64,000 nucleotides of DNA from an uncultured delta proteobacterium (GCA_963760795.1 CAVXEP010000013.1:128001-192000), one strand, 5' to 3'. Positions 20,730-31,466 are shown, counted from the first letter of the stretch. Notes: generated from the sequence alone by a model not told the origin. Numbers and translations: made by a program.

Positions 20730-21587
20730 ATGAAACGATCGTTAGCAATCCTTGTCATCGCCTACTTTCTCATAGCTCTCACTGACGCGGGCCACGCGCA
20801 AAGCACCCTGGAGAAAATCGATAAGAGCGGCACACTGACCATCGGCACGCGCAACGGCTCACCGCCGTTCGCTTATATCAACAAGAACAATGACTGGGTT
20901 GGTTTTTCCATCGATCTAGTCGAGCATGCGATTCTACCGGCGTTGAACAAAAAGCTTAACAAACAAATCAAGCTGGAAAAAAAGGAGTCGGCGCCAGCGA
21001 CGCGCATTCCTCTGCTCACCTCCAACGCCGTCGATCTGATCGCCGAGACCATGACCGACACCCAGTCGCGGCGCGACCAAGTTGACTTCAGTTTGACCTT
21101 CTTCGTCACCGGCGCGCAATTCCTCGTGCGCAAAGGCAGCCCGGTGAAGAACATCGAAAGCATCGCCGGCAAACGCATCGCCGCCCAGCAGGGCTCGACC
21201 AACGCCAAAATAATTCGCGAACGCGTGCCCAGCGCCAAGCTGGTGGAATTCCCCGACCAGCCCGCCGCCTTCCAAGCGCTCTCCCAGCGCCAAGTCGATG
21301 CCTACACCAACGACGGCATTCAGCTCGCCGGCTTGAAAGCCAAGGCGCCCAAACCAGATGACTGGGCGGTAGCCGGCGAGTTTTTTTCCTACGAGCCCTA
21401 CGGCATGGCGATGCGCAAGAACGATTCGGACTTTCGCCAAGTCGTCAACGTCGGCCTAATGGATGCGATCGCTTCCGGCCGATACGCGGAAATTTACGAA
21501 AAATGGTTCGGCGCCAAAGGCGAAGTCCCCTACCCGCTGACGCCGGAAAATAAACGTTTCTTACAGCTACAAGTCGTGCCGAAATGA
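20730..21587 (+). CDS. polar amino acid ABC substrate-binding protein (GltI-like)
   Basis: signal peptide; SPPFAY, RIPLL and YEPYGMAMRK motifs. Confidence 0.9.
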   Translation: MKRSLAILVIAYFLIALTDAGHAQSTLEKIDKSGTLTIGTRNGSPPFAYINKNNDWVGFSIDLVEHAILPALNKKLNKQIKLEKKESAPATRIPLLTSNAVDLIAETMTDTQSRRDQVDFSLTFFVTGAQFLVRKGSPVKNIESIAGKRIAAQQGSTNAKIIRERVPSAKLVEFPDQPAAFQALSQRQVDAYTNDGIQLAGLKAKAPKPDDWAVAGEFFSYEPYGMAMRKNDSDFRQVVNVGLMDAIASGRYAEIYEKWFGAKGEVPYPLTPENKRFLQLQVVPK

Positions 21588-21592
21588 AAAAC

Positions 21593-21655
21593 TGGAGTGA
21601 TGGAGTACTGGAGTGCCGGTCTTAATACCCAATACTCCAATTCTCCTGTTCTCCA
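21593..21655. repeat. palindromic element with 8-nt periodic arms
   Basis: tggagtga-tggagtac-tggagtgc ... cccaatac-tccaattc-tcctgttc-tcca, inside the ABC operon. Confidence 0.75.
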
Positions 21656-21661
21656 TCCCTA

Positions 21662-22387
21662 ATGTCCTACAATTTCAACTGGAGCGTACTGTGGACCGGC
21701 CAGTCGGGCAGCTGGCTGATTCAGGGCGTTCTCACCACACTGCACATTTTCGCTCTCGGACTGCTGATTGCACTCGCTCTCGGAATCGTCGCCGGCGCAT
21801 TACGGACCATGCCGTTTGCGCCGCTGCGCTGGCTCGCCAGCGGCTATGTCGAATTTTTTCGCAACGTGCCGCTGCTGGTCTGGATGTTTTTCTGGTATTT
21901 CGGCGTGCCGCCATTGTTGCCGCAGGCGATTCAGAACTGGCTCTTCGATCACGGCGTGGAATTCTGGGCCGGAGTCTTCGCAATCGGTGTCTACCACGGC
22001 GCGCGCTTTTCTGAAGTCATCCGCGCCGGCATTCAATCGATTCCCAAGACCCAGTTCGAAGCCGCCCTGTCCACCGGACTGACCATCGGTCAAGCCTATC
22101 GATTGATCATCGTGCCCATCGCCCTGCGTTTGATCGTCCCGCCGGCAACCAATGAAATCGTCAACCTGCTCAAGAACTCCTCGGTGGCATTGACCATCGG
22201 CGTCGCCGAGCTGACCTTTCAAACCCGGCAGATTGAAACGTACACCGCCAAGGCATTCGAAGCCTTGGCCGCCGGGACGATCATATATTTAATCCTCTGT
22301 CTCGCCATCGCTTCGATCATGGCCGGCGTCGAGCGGCGCGTCGCGATCCCCGGCATGATCGCCCAAGGACAGACCGGAGCGTCCTAA
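21662..22387 (+). CDS. amino acid ABC transporter permease
   Basis: YVEFFRNVPLL; EAA motif EVIRAGIQSIPKTQFEAA. Confidence 0.92.
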   Translation: MSYNFNWSVLWTGQSGSWLIQGVLTTLHIFALGLLIALALGIVAGALRTMPFAPLRWLASGYVEFFRNVPLLVWMFFWYFGVPPLLPQAIQNWLFDHGVEFWAGVFAIGVYHGARFSEVIRAGIQSIPKTQFEAALSTGLTIGQAYRLIIVPIALRLIVPPATNEIVNLLKNSSVALTIGVAELTFQTRQIETYTAKAFEALAAGTIIYLILCLAIASIMAGVERRVAIPGMIAQGQTGAS

Positions 22388-22388
22388 A

Positions 22389-23062
22389 ATGGATTTCTCG
22401 GTCGTCACCAACAACTTCGTCTTTCTGATCGCCCAGGGATTTCTCGGTATCGGCGCTTTCACCGGCGGGACGTTACGGCTCGCCGTTCCGGCGATCGTCC
22501 TGGGTTTTATTCTCGGCACCCTGATCGGCCTGGCGCGCTTGTCACAAAGCCGCTGGCTGCACTGGCCGGCGAAAGTTTATATCGAATTCTTCCGCGGCGT
22601 GCCGCTGGTCATGGTGATCTTTTGGTTCTGGTTCATCGTCCCGACCTTGGCTGGGAAATCTCTGCCGGAGTACGCCGTGGCACTGACCGCCTTTGTGATT
22701 TTCGAAGCCGCCTATCTGGCGGAAATCGTCCGCGCCGGCATCCAATCGGTGCCGCGCGGCCAAGTCGAAGCCGCCACCGCCACCGGCCTCTCGAAGCATC
22801 AACTGATGCGCCATGTCATCCTGCCTCAAGCCTTGCGCAACATGATCCCGGCTCTGGTGACCCAATTCATCGTCCTGTTGAAAGACACCTCCCTGGCATC
22901 GATCATCGGCTACGTCGACCTCACCAAAGCCGCTCAGATCGTCAACAATCGCGAGATCCGCCCCTTCGAACTCTATCTCTTCATCGCCATCGTCTATTGG
23001 CTCTGCAGCTACGCCATGTCGCGCTACGCCAACGCTTAGAATCGCGCCTGGCATCGCACTAG
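22389..23062 (+). CDS. amino acid ABC transporter permease (probable indel near 23033)
   Basis: YIEFFRGVPL and EAA motif; ORF stops at 23039 but a natural-looking tail RLESRLASH* ends at 23062. Confidence 0.85.
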
Positions 23063-23288
23063 ACCCTGCCAGGCATTAGCTCATTGTGCTTTCTCGTTAT
23101 GGATCGCACAAATGTTTTTAATGGTGATGATCACACGAATACACTACAATCATCAGGTTGGCGCTTCGCTAACGGAGAGGGTCCCCGGTTGATAGACCCG
23201 CCGGGCACGCCCCAATTGGCATCGCCTACAAAGCCAGGCTGTAAACCGATCATCGCTCCAACGGAATTATCGCGAGAGAGGAATTGTA

Positions 23289-24248
23289 TTGAAAGCCATC
23301 AAATTAACGGGTGCTGCGGTATTTACCGCGTTCGCTTGTTTCGCTTATCTGTACTTAATCGATTTACCGCCAGACTCGCTCTCGATGTACCGGTGCTGGC
23401 AACAAGCGGTAAACATTACGGCGTGCTATGGCGAGAAAAGTTTTGATTTCACCGCTGATCTTAACGGCGTCCGTTACCAAGGAAACACCGGCAACCTTAT
23501 CGACAAGAACATCTTTTACTATGGGGCTTTCGAAAAGCCGGTGTTATTTTTCCTGCGGGACATTATGACGTCGGCGTATTCTGACCAAGGTGTCTTTCTC
23601 GATATCGGCGCCAACACCGGACAACATTCCCTCTTCATGTCCCGCCATGCTAAAGAAATCCACGCATTCGAGCCATGGGAGCCTGTGTTAAAAAGACTAC
23701 GCCGGCACGTTGAAATCAATCGTCTCAAAAACGTCGTGATTCACCCGTTTGGACTAGGAGATAAAAACTCCAGGCAGCTGTTTTATCGTCCTCCGGACTC
23801 TAATCTGGGCACGGGCTCGTTCGTTAAAGAATTCGCCTCGACAAACTCACCAGAAAGCATTTTAGAAATTCGCGTCGGCGACGAGGTGCTTGAAACGGCT
23901 GGCGTCACCTCGGTGGCCCTGATCAAGATGGACATTGAGGGTTACGAAAAACTGGCTCTCAAGGGGTTAGAGCGTACTCTGCGCAGACACCGACCGATTG
24001 TCGAATTTGAACTTTCCACAGATCCTCAGAGCCCGGTTAGCGTTAAGAGCCATGGGGAGCTTCGATCTCTGTTTCCGGAGAACTACGAATTCCTGACATT
24101 CGCTGCGCAGAGCAACGCAACCACTGGAGCCTATGTCTTGGAGCCGATCGCCGGATTGCTAAGGTTTGACAAGTTCGAGCAACATGACATCGTCGCCTAC
24201 CCGATCGAAAAGAGAAATTTCATAGTGCGCCACCGGGCCACCCTCTAA
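23289..24248 (+). CDS. FkbM family SAM-dependent methyltransferase with N-terminal membrane anchor
   Basis: FLDIGANTG, AFEP and LIKMDIEGYE motifs. Confidence 0.88.
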   Translation: MKAIKLTGAAVFTAFACFAYLYLIDLPPDSLSMYRCWQQAVNITACYGEKSFDFTADLNGVRYQGNTGNLIDKNIFYYGAFEKPVLFFLRDIMTSAYSDQGVFLDIGANTGQHSLFMSRHAKEIHAFEPWEPVLKRLRRHVEINRLKNVVIHPFGLGDKNSRQLFYRPPDSNLGTGSFVKEFASTNSPESILEIRVGDEVLETAGVTSVALIKMDIEGYEKLALKGLERTLRRHRPIVEFELSTDPQSPVSVKSHGELRSLFPENYEFLTFAAQSNATTGAYVLEPIAGLLRFDKFEQHDIVAYPIEKRNFIVRHRATL

Positions 24249-24332
24249 CCCGTCTCATCGCCGAGGCCTACTAGGGCTAAAGACCCACCGCGCAACGAAG
24301 AATTAACTTGACGAATTCTCACGCCTTGCAGT

Positions 24333-25307
24333 ATGGCTCCGGAAGTAAATAAAGCCATGCTCTTCCTCAAAAACACTCCCATCGATCGGATTCTCTCGAT
24401 GGCTGAAATGATCGACGTAATTGAGGACACCTTGAAAGAGGCCGCCTCTGGACGCGGTTTTGAGCTGCCTAGGCGGCGCATTCACCATCCCAATCGGATG
24501 ATTTTCGGCATCCTGCCCGGCTCGGTTCACGGCGCCATGGGCGCTTATATTCAAACGGACTTAGACCGCAGGATTCACCACGAAAATGTCATGATCTTCA
24601 GCGCCGAGAGCGGCGCGCCGCTGATCCTGTTTCAGGACTGCTCGATCAACGAATACCGTACCGGCGCTGCCGGCGGCCTCGGCGCGAAATATCTGGCACG
24701 CGCCGACGCCAGCCGGGTCGCGGTTTTGGGTAGCGCCGTGCATGCCGAGACCCAACTCAAGGCCGTCGCCGCCGTCAGAAAATTGACGGAAGCCTGGGTT
24801 TTCAGCCCGACGCCCGAGCGCTGCGCGGCTTTTGCCGCCAAGATGGGCCGCGAATTAGAAATTCCGCTCCACGTTGCCGAAAGCGCTGAAGAAGCGCTGA
24901 AAAGTGCCGATGTGCTGATTACAGCGACGAATTCACCGACGCCGGTCTTCGACGGCAGCAGTTTAAAGCAAGGCATGCATATTACCTCCATCGCCAACGG
25001 CGATAAGACGCGCAGGCGCCAGGAACTCGATGACCGGGTCCTGTGCCGGGCCGAGCCGATATTTGTAACCTCCAAAGAGACGGTCTGTGTTAACGAAAGC
25101 GATATTTTCCGCGCCGTGCGCGATCAAGTAATCGCCTGGGACAAGGTCCACGAAATGTCGAGCTTGTTACTCGGCCAAGTGGCGGGACGTAGCGACGATC
25201 GGCAAATCACTCTATTCAAACTGCAGGGAACCGGCATCATGGACGTCGCCATCGGGCTCAAAGCCTATGAACGGGTCAAGCATAGCGGGCTAGCGCAAAC
25301 ACTTTGA
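24333..25307 (+). CDS. ornithine cyclodeaminase/mu-crystallin family protein
   Basis: RTGAAGGLGAKYLAR, ITATNS and ITLFKLQGTG motifs. Confidence 0.88.
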   Translation: MAPEVNKAMLFLKNTPIDRILSMAEMIDVIEDTLKEAASGRGFELPRRRIHHPNRMIFGILPGSVHGAMGAYIQTDLDRRIHHENVMIFSAESGAPLILFQDCSINEYRTGAAGGLGAKYLARADASRVAVLGSAVHAETQLKAVAAVRKLTEAWVFSPTPERCAAFAAKMGRELEIPLHVAESAEEALKSADVLITATNSPTPVFDGSSLKQGMHITSIANGDKTRRRQELDDRVLCRAEPIFVTSKETVCVNESDIFRAVRDQVIAWDKVHEMSSLLLGQVAGRSDDRQITLFKLQGTGIMDVAIGLKAYERVKHSGLAQTL

Positions 25308-25333
25308 CGACACGACAACGCTGAGGCAATCCA

Positions 25334-26746
25334 ATGGCACACTATGACATGCTGGTGATCGGCTCCGGCCCGGCCGGCCAGAAGGCCGCGATCCAGGCCG
25401 CCAAGGTCGGCAAAAAAGTCGCCATCGTCGAACGCAAGAAAGTTGTCGGCGGCATTTGCATCAACTCCGGCACGATCCCGAGCAAATCGCTGCGCGAAGC
25501 GGTGCTGTTCCTTTCCGGCTTCAGACAGCGCAACCTTTACGGCGCCAGCTATCGGGTCAAAAAAGATATCACTTTCGAGGACCTCGCCCAGCGCTGCGAC
25601 CATGTCGTCAAAGCCGAGCAAGAAGTGATTCAAAATCAATTGATCCGCAACTCGGTGGATTTTATCGTCGGCGCCGCATCCTTCCTCGATCCGCACCGAA
25701 TACAGATCAAACACGATTGCGAAACCAACGAACACACGGCGGACTACGTGGTCATCGGTGTCGGCACCGAGCCGGCGCGCCCCGCGGATATTCCCTTCGA
25801 CGACGATTCGATCATCGACAGCGATGGCCTGTTATCGTTGAAACGGCTGCCAAAGTCCTTAACCATCGTCGGCGCCGGTGTGATCGGCTGCGAGTATGCC
25901 TGCATCCTGGCAACTCTGGGGATTCCCGTTGTGTTAGTCGAGAAACGGCCACGCCTGCTCGAATTCGTCGATAGCGAGATTATCGAATCGTTGCAATATC
26001 AAATGCGCAACATCGGCATCACACTGCGGCTCAATGAAGAAGTCATTGGCGTGAGCAAGGGGGCCGACAACGTCATCGTGCTGCAACTGAAGAGCGGCAA
26101 ACAGATCCGCTCGCCCCTGCTGGTCTATTCAGCGGGACGCATCGGCGCCACCAAGAACCTCGGGCTGGAAAAGCTCGGCGTGGAAGCTGACGAGCGCGGC
26201 CGCTTGAAAGTCAACGAGAACTTTCAGACAACCCTGAGTCATATCTATGCGGTCGGCGACGTCGTTGGCTTTCCGGCCTTGGCGTCAACCTCGATGCAGC
26301 AAGGCCGCCACGCCGCCTGCCACGCTTTCAGCCTCGGCTGCGACACTTCGACCCACTTGCTGCCCTACGGCATCTACGCAATTCCAGAAATCTCCATGGT
26401 CGGCCGCAACGAAGAGGAACTCACCCGTGACGGCGTGCCCTATGAGATCGGCGTCGCCCGCTACCGCGAGATCGCCCGCGGCCAGATCATCGGCGACACC
26501 GTCGGCATGCTCAAGCTGCTGTTTCACACCGAAACTAGGGAATTGCTCGGCGTCCATGTGATCGGCGAGGGTGCAACCGAGTTGATCCACATCGGCCAGG
26601 CTGTCATGGCTTTTGGCGGCAAGCTCGACTACTTCATCGACACGGTTTTCAATTATCCGACACTTGCGGAATGTTACAAAGTCGCCGCGCTAGCGGCGCT
26701 GAATAAGTTCCCTGCCAGTGCGGTGTGCAACGTGGTACCGAACTGA
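25334..26746 (+). CDS. sthA: soluble pyridine nucleotide transhydrogenase
   Basis: GSGPAG, GGICINSGTIPSKSLRE (single Cys), GFPALASTSM and FNYPTLAECYKVAAL. Confidence 0.92.
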   Translation: MAHYDMLVIGSGPAGQKAAIQAAKVGKKVAIVERKKVVGGICINSGTIPSKSLREAVLFLSGFRQRNLYGASYRVKKDITFEDLAQRCDHVVKAEQEVIQNQLIRNSVDFIVGAASFLDPHRIQIKHDCETNEHTADYVVIGVGTEPARPADIPFDDDSIIDSDGLLSLKRLPKSLTIVGAGVIGCEYACILATLGIPVVLVEKRPRLLEFVDSEIIESLQYQMRNIGITLRLNEEVIGVSKGADNVIVLQLKSGKQIRSPLLVYSAGRIGATKNLGLEKLGVEADERGRLKVNENFQTTLSHIYAVGDVVGFPALASTSMQQGRHAACHAFSLGCDTSTHLLPYGIYAIPEISMVGRNEEELTRDGVPYEIGVARYREIARGQIIGDTVGMLKLLFHTETRELLGVHVIGEGATELIHIGQAVMAFGGKLDYFIDTVFNYPTLAECYKVAALAALNKFPASAVCNVVPN

Positions 26747-26778
26747 GGGGTCGCTCGCCAAATTCAAAAACTCTCGCG

Positions 26779-27177
26779 TCAACCCATCGTCGAGATTTTC
26801 TTCGGACGAATCTTATAAATCACCCGCACTTCGCCGGCAGCGCGAAACGGGTAGCTGTCTTTGCCCAGATAATGTTTCGCCAAGGCATCGATATGCGCAT
26901 CGGCGCCACTTTCTGTAATCTCCTCGACCTCGCCTTGAATCGCCAGATAACGGTAAGCGTTATCGGGATCCTGGATCGACAGGGCGACCTGGTTATTGCG
27001 CCGCATGTTCTTGTCCTTGAGCCGGCCCTTCGCCGAGTTGACCCAGATTTGCGTGCCGTCGTAGCTGTACCACACCGGCGTTACCTGCGGGCTGCCGTCC
27101 GCCATCACGGTACCAAGATGAGCGAAAGTGATTTTGCTAAAAAGGTCTTTGAAAGACTCGGGGATCGTCGCGGCCAT
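26779..27177 (-). CDS. PPOX-class putative F420-dependent oxidoreductase
   Basis: DGSPQVTPVW, GRLKDKNM and IDALAKHYLG motifs. Confidence 0.85.
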   Translation of the reverse strand: MAATIPESFKDLFSKITFAHLGTVMADGSPQVTPVWYSYDGTQIWVNSAKGRLKDKNMRRNNQVALSIQDPDNAYRYLAIQGEVEEITESGADAHIDALAKHYLGKDSYPFRAAGEVRVIYKIRPKKISTMG

Positions 27178-27209
27178 GACCTACCTCCAGCTTCGGTTTA
27201 TAAAGAAAT

Positions 27210-27884
27210 TCAGCAAAAATAATCGGACAAAGCAACCAGACTGTCGACGGTGACATCAGGACGCGCCGCGCGCAGCGCGTCTTTGTCGCCCAAGCCATAG
27301 GTCACGCCGCAGGTGATCACGCCGGCGCGCTTGCCGGCTTCGATATCGGTATCGCCGTCGCCGACGATCAGCGCGTTGGCGGGATCAATGTGAAACTGCT
27401 CTAAGACCGACTGCAACATCGCCGGATGAGGTTTTTTCTCGGCGACGCTATCGCCGCCTAAGATCGCGTCGAACTCGGCTGCCACGCCTAACCCTTGCAC
27501 CACGGCAACCGTGAGCCGGTGCATTTTATTGCTCACCACGGCGCGCCGCGTGCCGCGAAAGTAGCGTAAAACTTCCGCCACTCCGGGATAGAGCACGGTG
27601 CGATCGAGCAGGTGATTTTCATACCGTTCGAGAAACACCCGCATGATTGTGCGAAAGTTCGCCTCCCCCGCTTCGGGTAAGGACTGCTTGAGCAAATGCT
27701 CCACGCCGCGGCCGACGTTGGCGTACACCGCCGGCGCCGGCAACGGCGGCAGGTTGAAGTGCTCACGCGTAAAATTAACCGAGTCGGCCAGGTCATGGCC
27801 GGTATCGGCCAGGGTACCGTCGAGATCGAACATCACCAGTTCTACAGATTTTTTCATTGGCGAGTCAGCAAAATAGACTTCCAT
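27210..27884 (-). CDS. HAD phosphatase, phosphoglycolate phosphatase-like (start may be 27857)
   Basis: FDLDGTL, VSNK, KKPHP and VGDGDTD motifs. Confidence 0.88.
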   Translation of the reverse strand: MEVYFADSPMKKSVELVMFDLDGTLADTGHDLADSVNFTREHFNLPPLPAPAVYANVGRGVEHLLKQSLPEAGEANFRTIMRVFLERYENHLLDRTVLYPGVAEVLRYFRGTRRAVVSNKMHRLTVAVVQGLGVAAEFDAILGGDSVAEKKPHPAMLQSVLEQFHIDPANALIVGDGDTDIEAGKRAGVITCGVTYGLGDKDALRAARPDVTVDSLVALSDYFC

Positions 27885-27979
27885 GCCAGCCCTGTCAAAC
27901 CAGCTTTTCCCGCAGCGCTTGAAGTGCTATTCGTAGTTGGCACGGAATCCACACGCCAAACCGCTCGGGAGGTATTCGC

Positions 27980-28975
27980 ATGGCTCTGATTCGCTGCGCT
28001 AAAGCGCTCGCCTCGTTGGCGCTGTTTTTACTGGTTACGCCGAATTTCGCCGCCGCCCAAAAGCTCAACACCGCGTATATCTCGACCACGCCGGGAACTT
28101 CGACGGTGATCCAGGTGGCCAAGGAAGCGCGCCTGTTCGACAAGCATGGCATCGACGCCACGGTGATTTTTATTTCCGGCAGTGTGCGCGGTATTCAGTC
28201 GATTCTCGCCGGCGAAATTCCCATCGGCGAAGGCGGCGGCCCCGGTCTGGCCAGCGCGCGGCTCGCCGGCGGCGACGTCGTCGCCATCGCCGGCAATGTC
28301 AACGTGTTGCCCTACTATTTAGTTTCCCACCCGAGCATCAAACGGCATGAAGATTTGAAAGGTAAGATCGGCGGCACTCATATCGCCGGCACCACCGCCG
28401 AGTTCGCCTTGAAAGTGGGGCTGAAACGCATCGGGCTCGACCCGCTCAAAGATGTCAGCTTGCGCGTCATCGGCGGCGCCATCGAGCGCATGGTGGCGCT
28501 GCAAAAAGGCATCGTCCAGTTCACCGTGGTTACCGAAGCCGGCAAATCTCAGGCGGAGAGACTCGGCTATCCGACGGTGGTCGACATGGTCACCCTGCAA
28601 ATCCCCTTTCCGCAGAACGGCATTTACACTTCGACCAAATTGATCCGCGAAAACCCCGACCTGGTGCGCCGCTACATGCGCGCCTACGTCGAGGCGCTAC
28701 ACTTCTATAAAACCCAGAAGGAAGACACGTTGAGGTTCATGCGCAAATACTCTCGCATCGATGACCGCCGCATGCTCGATGAAGCGTGGGATTGGCACGC
28801 CAAGTTCATGCCCGAAGCGCCCTATCCGCCCGCCGACGGCTATCAACTGGTGCTGCAAGATTTAGCCGAGAAGAATCCCAAAGCCGCTCAGGCCAACGTG
28901 AAAGATTACATCGACACGCGATTTGTGAAGGAACTGGAAGACTCGGGGTTTATTAAAGGGCTATATCGGAAATAA
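27980..28975 (+). CDS. NMT1/SsuA-type substrate-binding protein
   Basis: signal peptide; LFDKHGID and HEDLKGK motifs. Confidence 0.85.
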   Translation: MALIRCAKALASLALFLLVTPNFAAAQKLNTAYISTTPGTSTVIQVAKEARLFDKHGIDATVIFISGSVRGIQSILAGEIPIGEGGGPGLASARLAGGDVVAIAGNVNVLPYYLVSHPSIKRHEDLKGKIGGTHIAGTTAEFALKVGLKRIGLDPLKDVSLRVIGGAIERMVALQKGIVQFTVVTEAGKSQAERLGYPTVVDMVTLQIPFPQNGIYTSTKLIRENPDLVRRYMRAYVEALHFYKTQKEDTLRFMRKYSRIDDRRMLDEAWDWHAKFMPEAPYPPADGYQLVLQDLAEKNPKAAQANVKDYIDTRFVKELEDSGFIKGLYRK

Positions 28976-28977
28976 CC

Positions 28978-29063
28978 GTTCCAAAGGTTCCAATCGTTCC
29001 AAAAGTTCCAGTTGGGAGCGAAAGCGCTTGGAACATCTGGAACCACTGGAACCCTTGGAACCG
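28978..29063. repeat. palindromic element with 9-nt (GTTCCAnnn) periodic arms
   Basis: gttccaaag-gttccaatc-gttccaaaa-gttccagtt / ttggaacat-ctggaacca-ctggaaccc-ttggaaccg, between convergent genes. Confidence 0.88.
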
Positions 29064-29065
29064 TT

Positions 29066-29521
29066 TTAGAGCTTCGCCCGCGAAGCTTCTAAAACTTGAT
29101 GCATCGGCTCGATATCGATGACTAATGCCGAGAGCTGTAATTTCTCATCGCGCAGTGCTTCCGGTACCTGGCCCATCACGTCCGCTTCGAGCACATGATA
29201 AACGGGGATCTTGAGCGCCACGCCGGCTAGCGGCCCGGCAAAACTCGGATCGCCCTCGGTTACCGTCTCGGCAAATACTTCGACGCCGTTAGCCTCGCCG
29301 TTGCCCAACACCACCGTCAAATTTTCCGGACCATACTGGTCCGCCAGGCGCTTGATGACTCCTTGGTTTTCGAAGTTCATCGCGCCCGCGGCGGTTCAAA
29401 CAAAGCACTCAGTAGCCTGAAAAACTACCTCGTAGCCCGCGCCTTCGAGACACTCGGCGATGACCGGGCCGGTGACACCATCCCGTTCGCCGATGGCGAT
29501 GATTTTTTTACCCTTTTGCAT
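29066..29521 (-). CDS. grdA: glycine/sarcosine/betaine reductase selenoprotein A (UGA = Sec at 29396-29398)
   Basis: ORFs 29396..29635 and 29066..29380 are one frame split only by TGA: [12 protein letters not shown]...[17 protein letters not shown]...[14 protein letters not shown]; GGAGG RBS before ATG 29521. Confidence 0.93.
29341..29394 (-). promoter_or_regulatory. bacterial SECIS-like hairpin immediately 3' of the grdA UGA
   Basis: CCGC-CG-CGGGCGC-GAUG-A-ACUUC [GAAAACCAA] GGAGU-CAUC-AA-GCGCCUG-GCGG; the apical loop starts with G, 24 nt after UGA. Confidence 0.7.
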
Positions 29522-29597
29522 GAAACCTCCACTAAACTCCCCTCGGCTCGAAACTGAGGGATCTTGTTGTATCGACTCGAAGTCGACTTGCTCTTTT

Positions 29598-29685
29598 CCG
29601 TCTTTCCCGCGAACGCGGGAATCCAGGTTTTGCATTTTTCCCCATCCGACGCCATCCTGGATGCCGGCCTACGCCGGCATGACGG
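29598..29685. repeat. CGTC-type REP doublet between grdC and grdA
   Basis: ccgtctttcccgcgaacgcgggaatccagg ... cctggatgccggcctacgccggcatgacgg. Confidence 0.85.
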
Positions 29686-29736
29686 AACTTCTCTTCGCCT
29701 GCAGGCACGGGATTTCAACCACCCCCGAAAGGGACA

Positions 29737-31163
29737 TTAAGCTTCATTCCGATCTACCAGAAACGAGCAGCCATCCGACAGCTGCGTCATGCGGCCGAGA
29801 AACAAACTACCTTTGGCCATAAGCAGCGCGTTGCGAATCGCGCCGCTCTCAAGCGCCGCCTTGGCGTGACCCAAGTAAACAATTGCCGACGGAATATGTC
29901 CCTGGGTCGGCGCGTAGCCTAGCATGCCGCGGCTGCGGACGAAATCTTCCATCTGGTTCTTCTGAATTTGCCCGCGCATCACCGCCAAAGCGGCGAGGGT
30001 CAGATAATTCGTCCGCGGCACATCGCCGCTGCCCGACGGCACGGTGATCTCCGGATTATGCAGCTCGACGCCGTAGCGGTCGACATCGGTCAATTTCATG
30101 CCAAGTTTCGCCAACGGCTTCTCGGCCAGCTCCTCTGCCATCGCCTGGGACGAGCCGCCGGCGCGCACCGGATGAAACGCCGCGGAGTCGAGGCGCATGC
30201 AGACCTGCCCCGGTTTCGCCGCGCTGAGAATCGCCGCGAAGCTGCCCAGCATGTCTTCGAGCACCGGCATATTTTTTTTCAAATGGGACTCGAACTTCAT
30301 GCCGAGCTTGGCCAACGACCCGCCGGCCACCACGGCGACCCGTTTCGCCACGCCGGCTTGAATCATGCTCGCGCCCTGCACCATGGCATACATCGGCCCG
30401 GCGCAGAACGCTTTGACATCGCAGCCCGAGGCGTTACCGCAGCCGACGTCCTCGGCGATCGCCTTAGCGAGATTGCCGCCGCCGCGATTGTAACGGTCGC
30501 CCACCGCTTCTTCCGAACAGCTAATAACGAAATCGACGTCATCGGGCTTGAGCGCAAGCTGCGCTAACACCAGGCGTAACGCGTGGGCCGCGGAAACCTT
30601 CCCGGACAAATTCTCCAGCAAGACTTCGGCGGCCAGACTGGCGTCTTCTTCATGGGCCGCCTCGAAAGCGCCGACCAGCTGAGAACCCGAATGAAGCGGC
30701 AGCGCGCCTTTGTCGCAGAGATTTTGAATTTCACTCAGCGGCTTGAAGCGCGGCGCGCGGCCGATCGAATGTTTCGCCGCGTGGGCTTGAAACCAAGTCT
30801 CTTCGAAGGAAATCAAATCGAAGCGATCCGCGCCGGCGAGCAAAGCGTAAAACTTGCTCTGATCGACCAGATCACCGAAGCGCCCCTGCGCCGTCGCCCC
30901 TTCGATCAGTTTCTCAAACCACGGCTGCGGCAGATCGCGCAGTTTTTCCGGGCCGATGTTGCCAATGTAGACTTGATGCGGCGCATAGGCCGTCGCCGCG
31001 GGAAAATCACGCAGAAGCCGAGCCAATTCACCGGCGAGCGCCGGATTGCCACGCAACTCGCGTATCGGCTTCGAACCGAAGCGCACCAAATCCGGCACAT
31101 GGGCCAAGCGAATAGGAAACGCCTTCGATACCGACGCGATTTGGTTTTGTAAATGTCCGCCAT
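29737..31163 (-). CDS. grdC: glycine reductase complex component C, beta subunit (FabH-like fold); indels near the start
   Basis: AHVPDLVRFGSKP, VLLENL, SCSEEAVGDRYNRGGGNLAKAIAE, CAGP, ELHNPEIT, PTQGHIPS and GSLFLGRMTQLSDG; adjacent to grdA. Confidence 0.88.
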
Positions 31164-31167
31164 TCGA

Positions 31168-31466
31168 TTAATCCAAAATGGTATGGCTTTTATTACTTGG
31201 CCCTAAGAGGAAACCTTCCGGGTGATCGATGATTTCTTCGCTTAGATCCACATCGAGATCGGGCCAATAAAAATGTCCAGCCATCGACCCTTCGACATTC
31301 AGAATTTTCCCCACAGGAACATCTTTAAGGCGAGCGAAACATCGTGTCATACGTGCATGAACAACTCGCGGTCGCCAGCCAACAGCCAAACGCCATGACT
31401 TGAAACATGCGGTGCAACTTCAATCGGGGAGCCGAGTGTACTGTCCCGAAGCGGGCTGACGCTCAT
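31168..31466 (-). pseudogene. DUF2442-family remnant
   Basis: HVSSHGVWLL...ELFM...DVPVGKILNV...HFYWPDLDVDLS...IIDHPE spread over broken frames. Confidence 0.65.

Noticed and set aside
29396-29398. Genome-wide UGA reassignment
   Set aside because: Many genes here end normally at TGA (e.g. 6230, 20718, 21587, 25307); readthrough is supported only at the grdA CxxU site.
29522-29635. N-terminal extension of GrdA ([14 protein letters not shown]...)
   Set aside because: It begins as a translation of the REP arm; the GGAGG-ATG at 29521 matches the GrdA family start.
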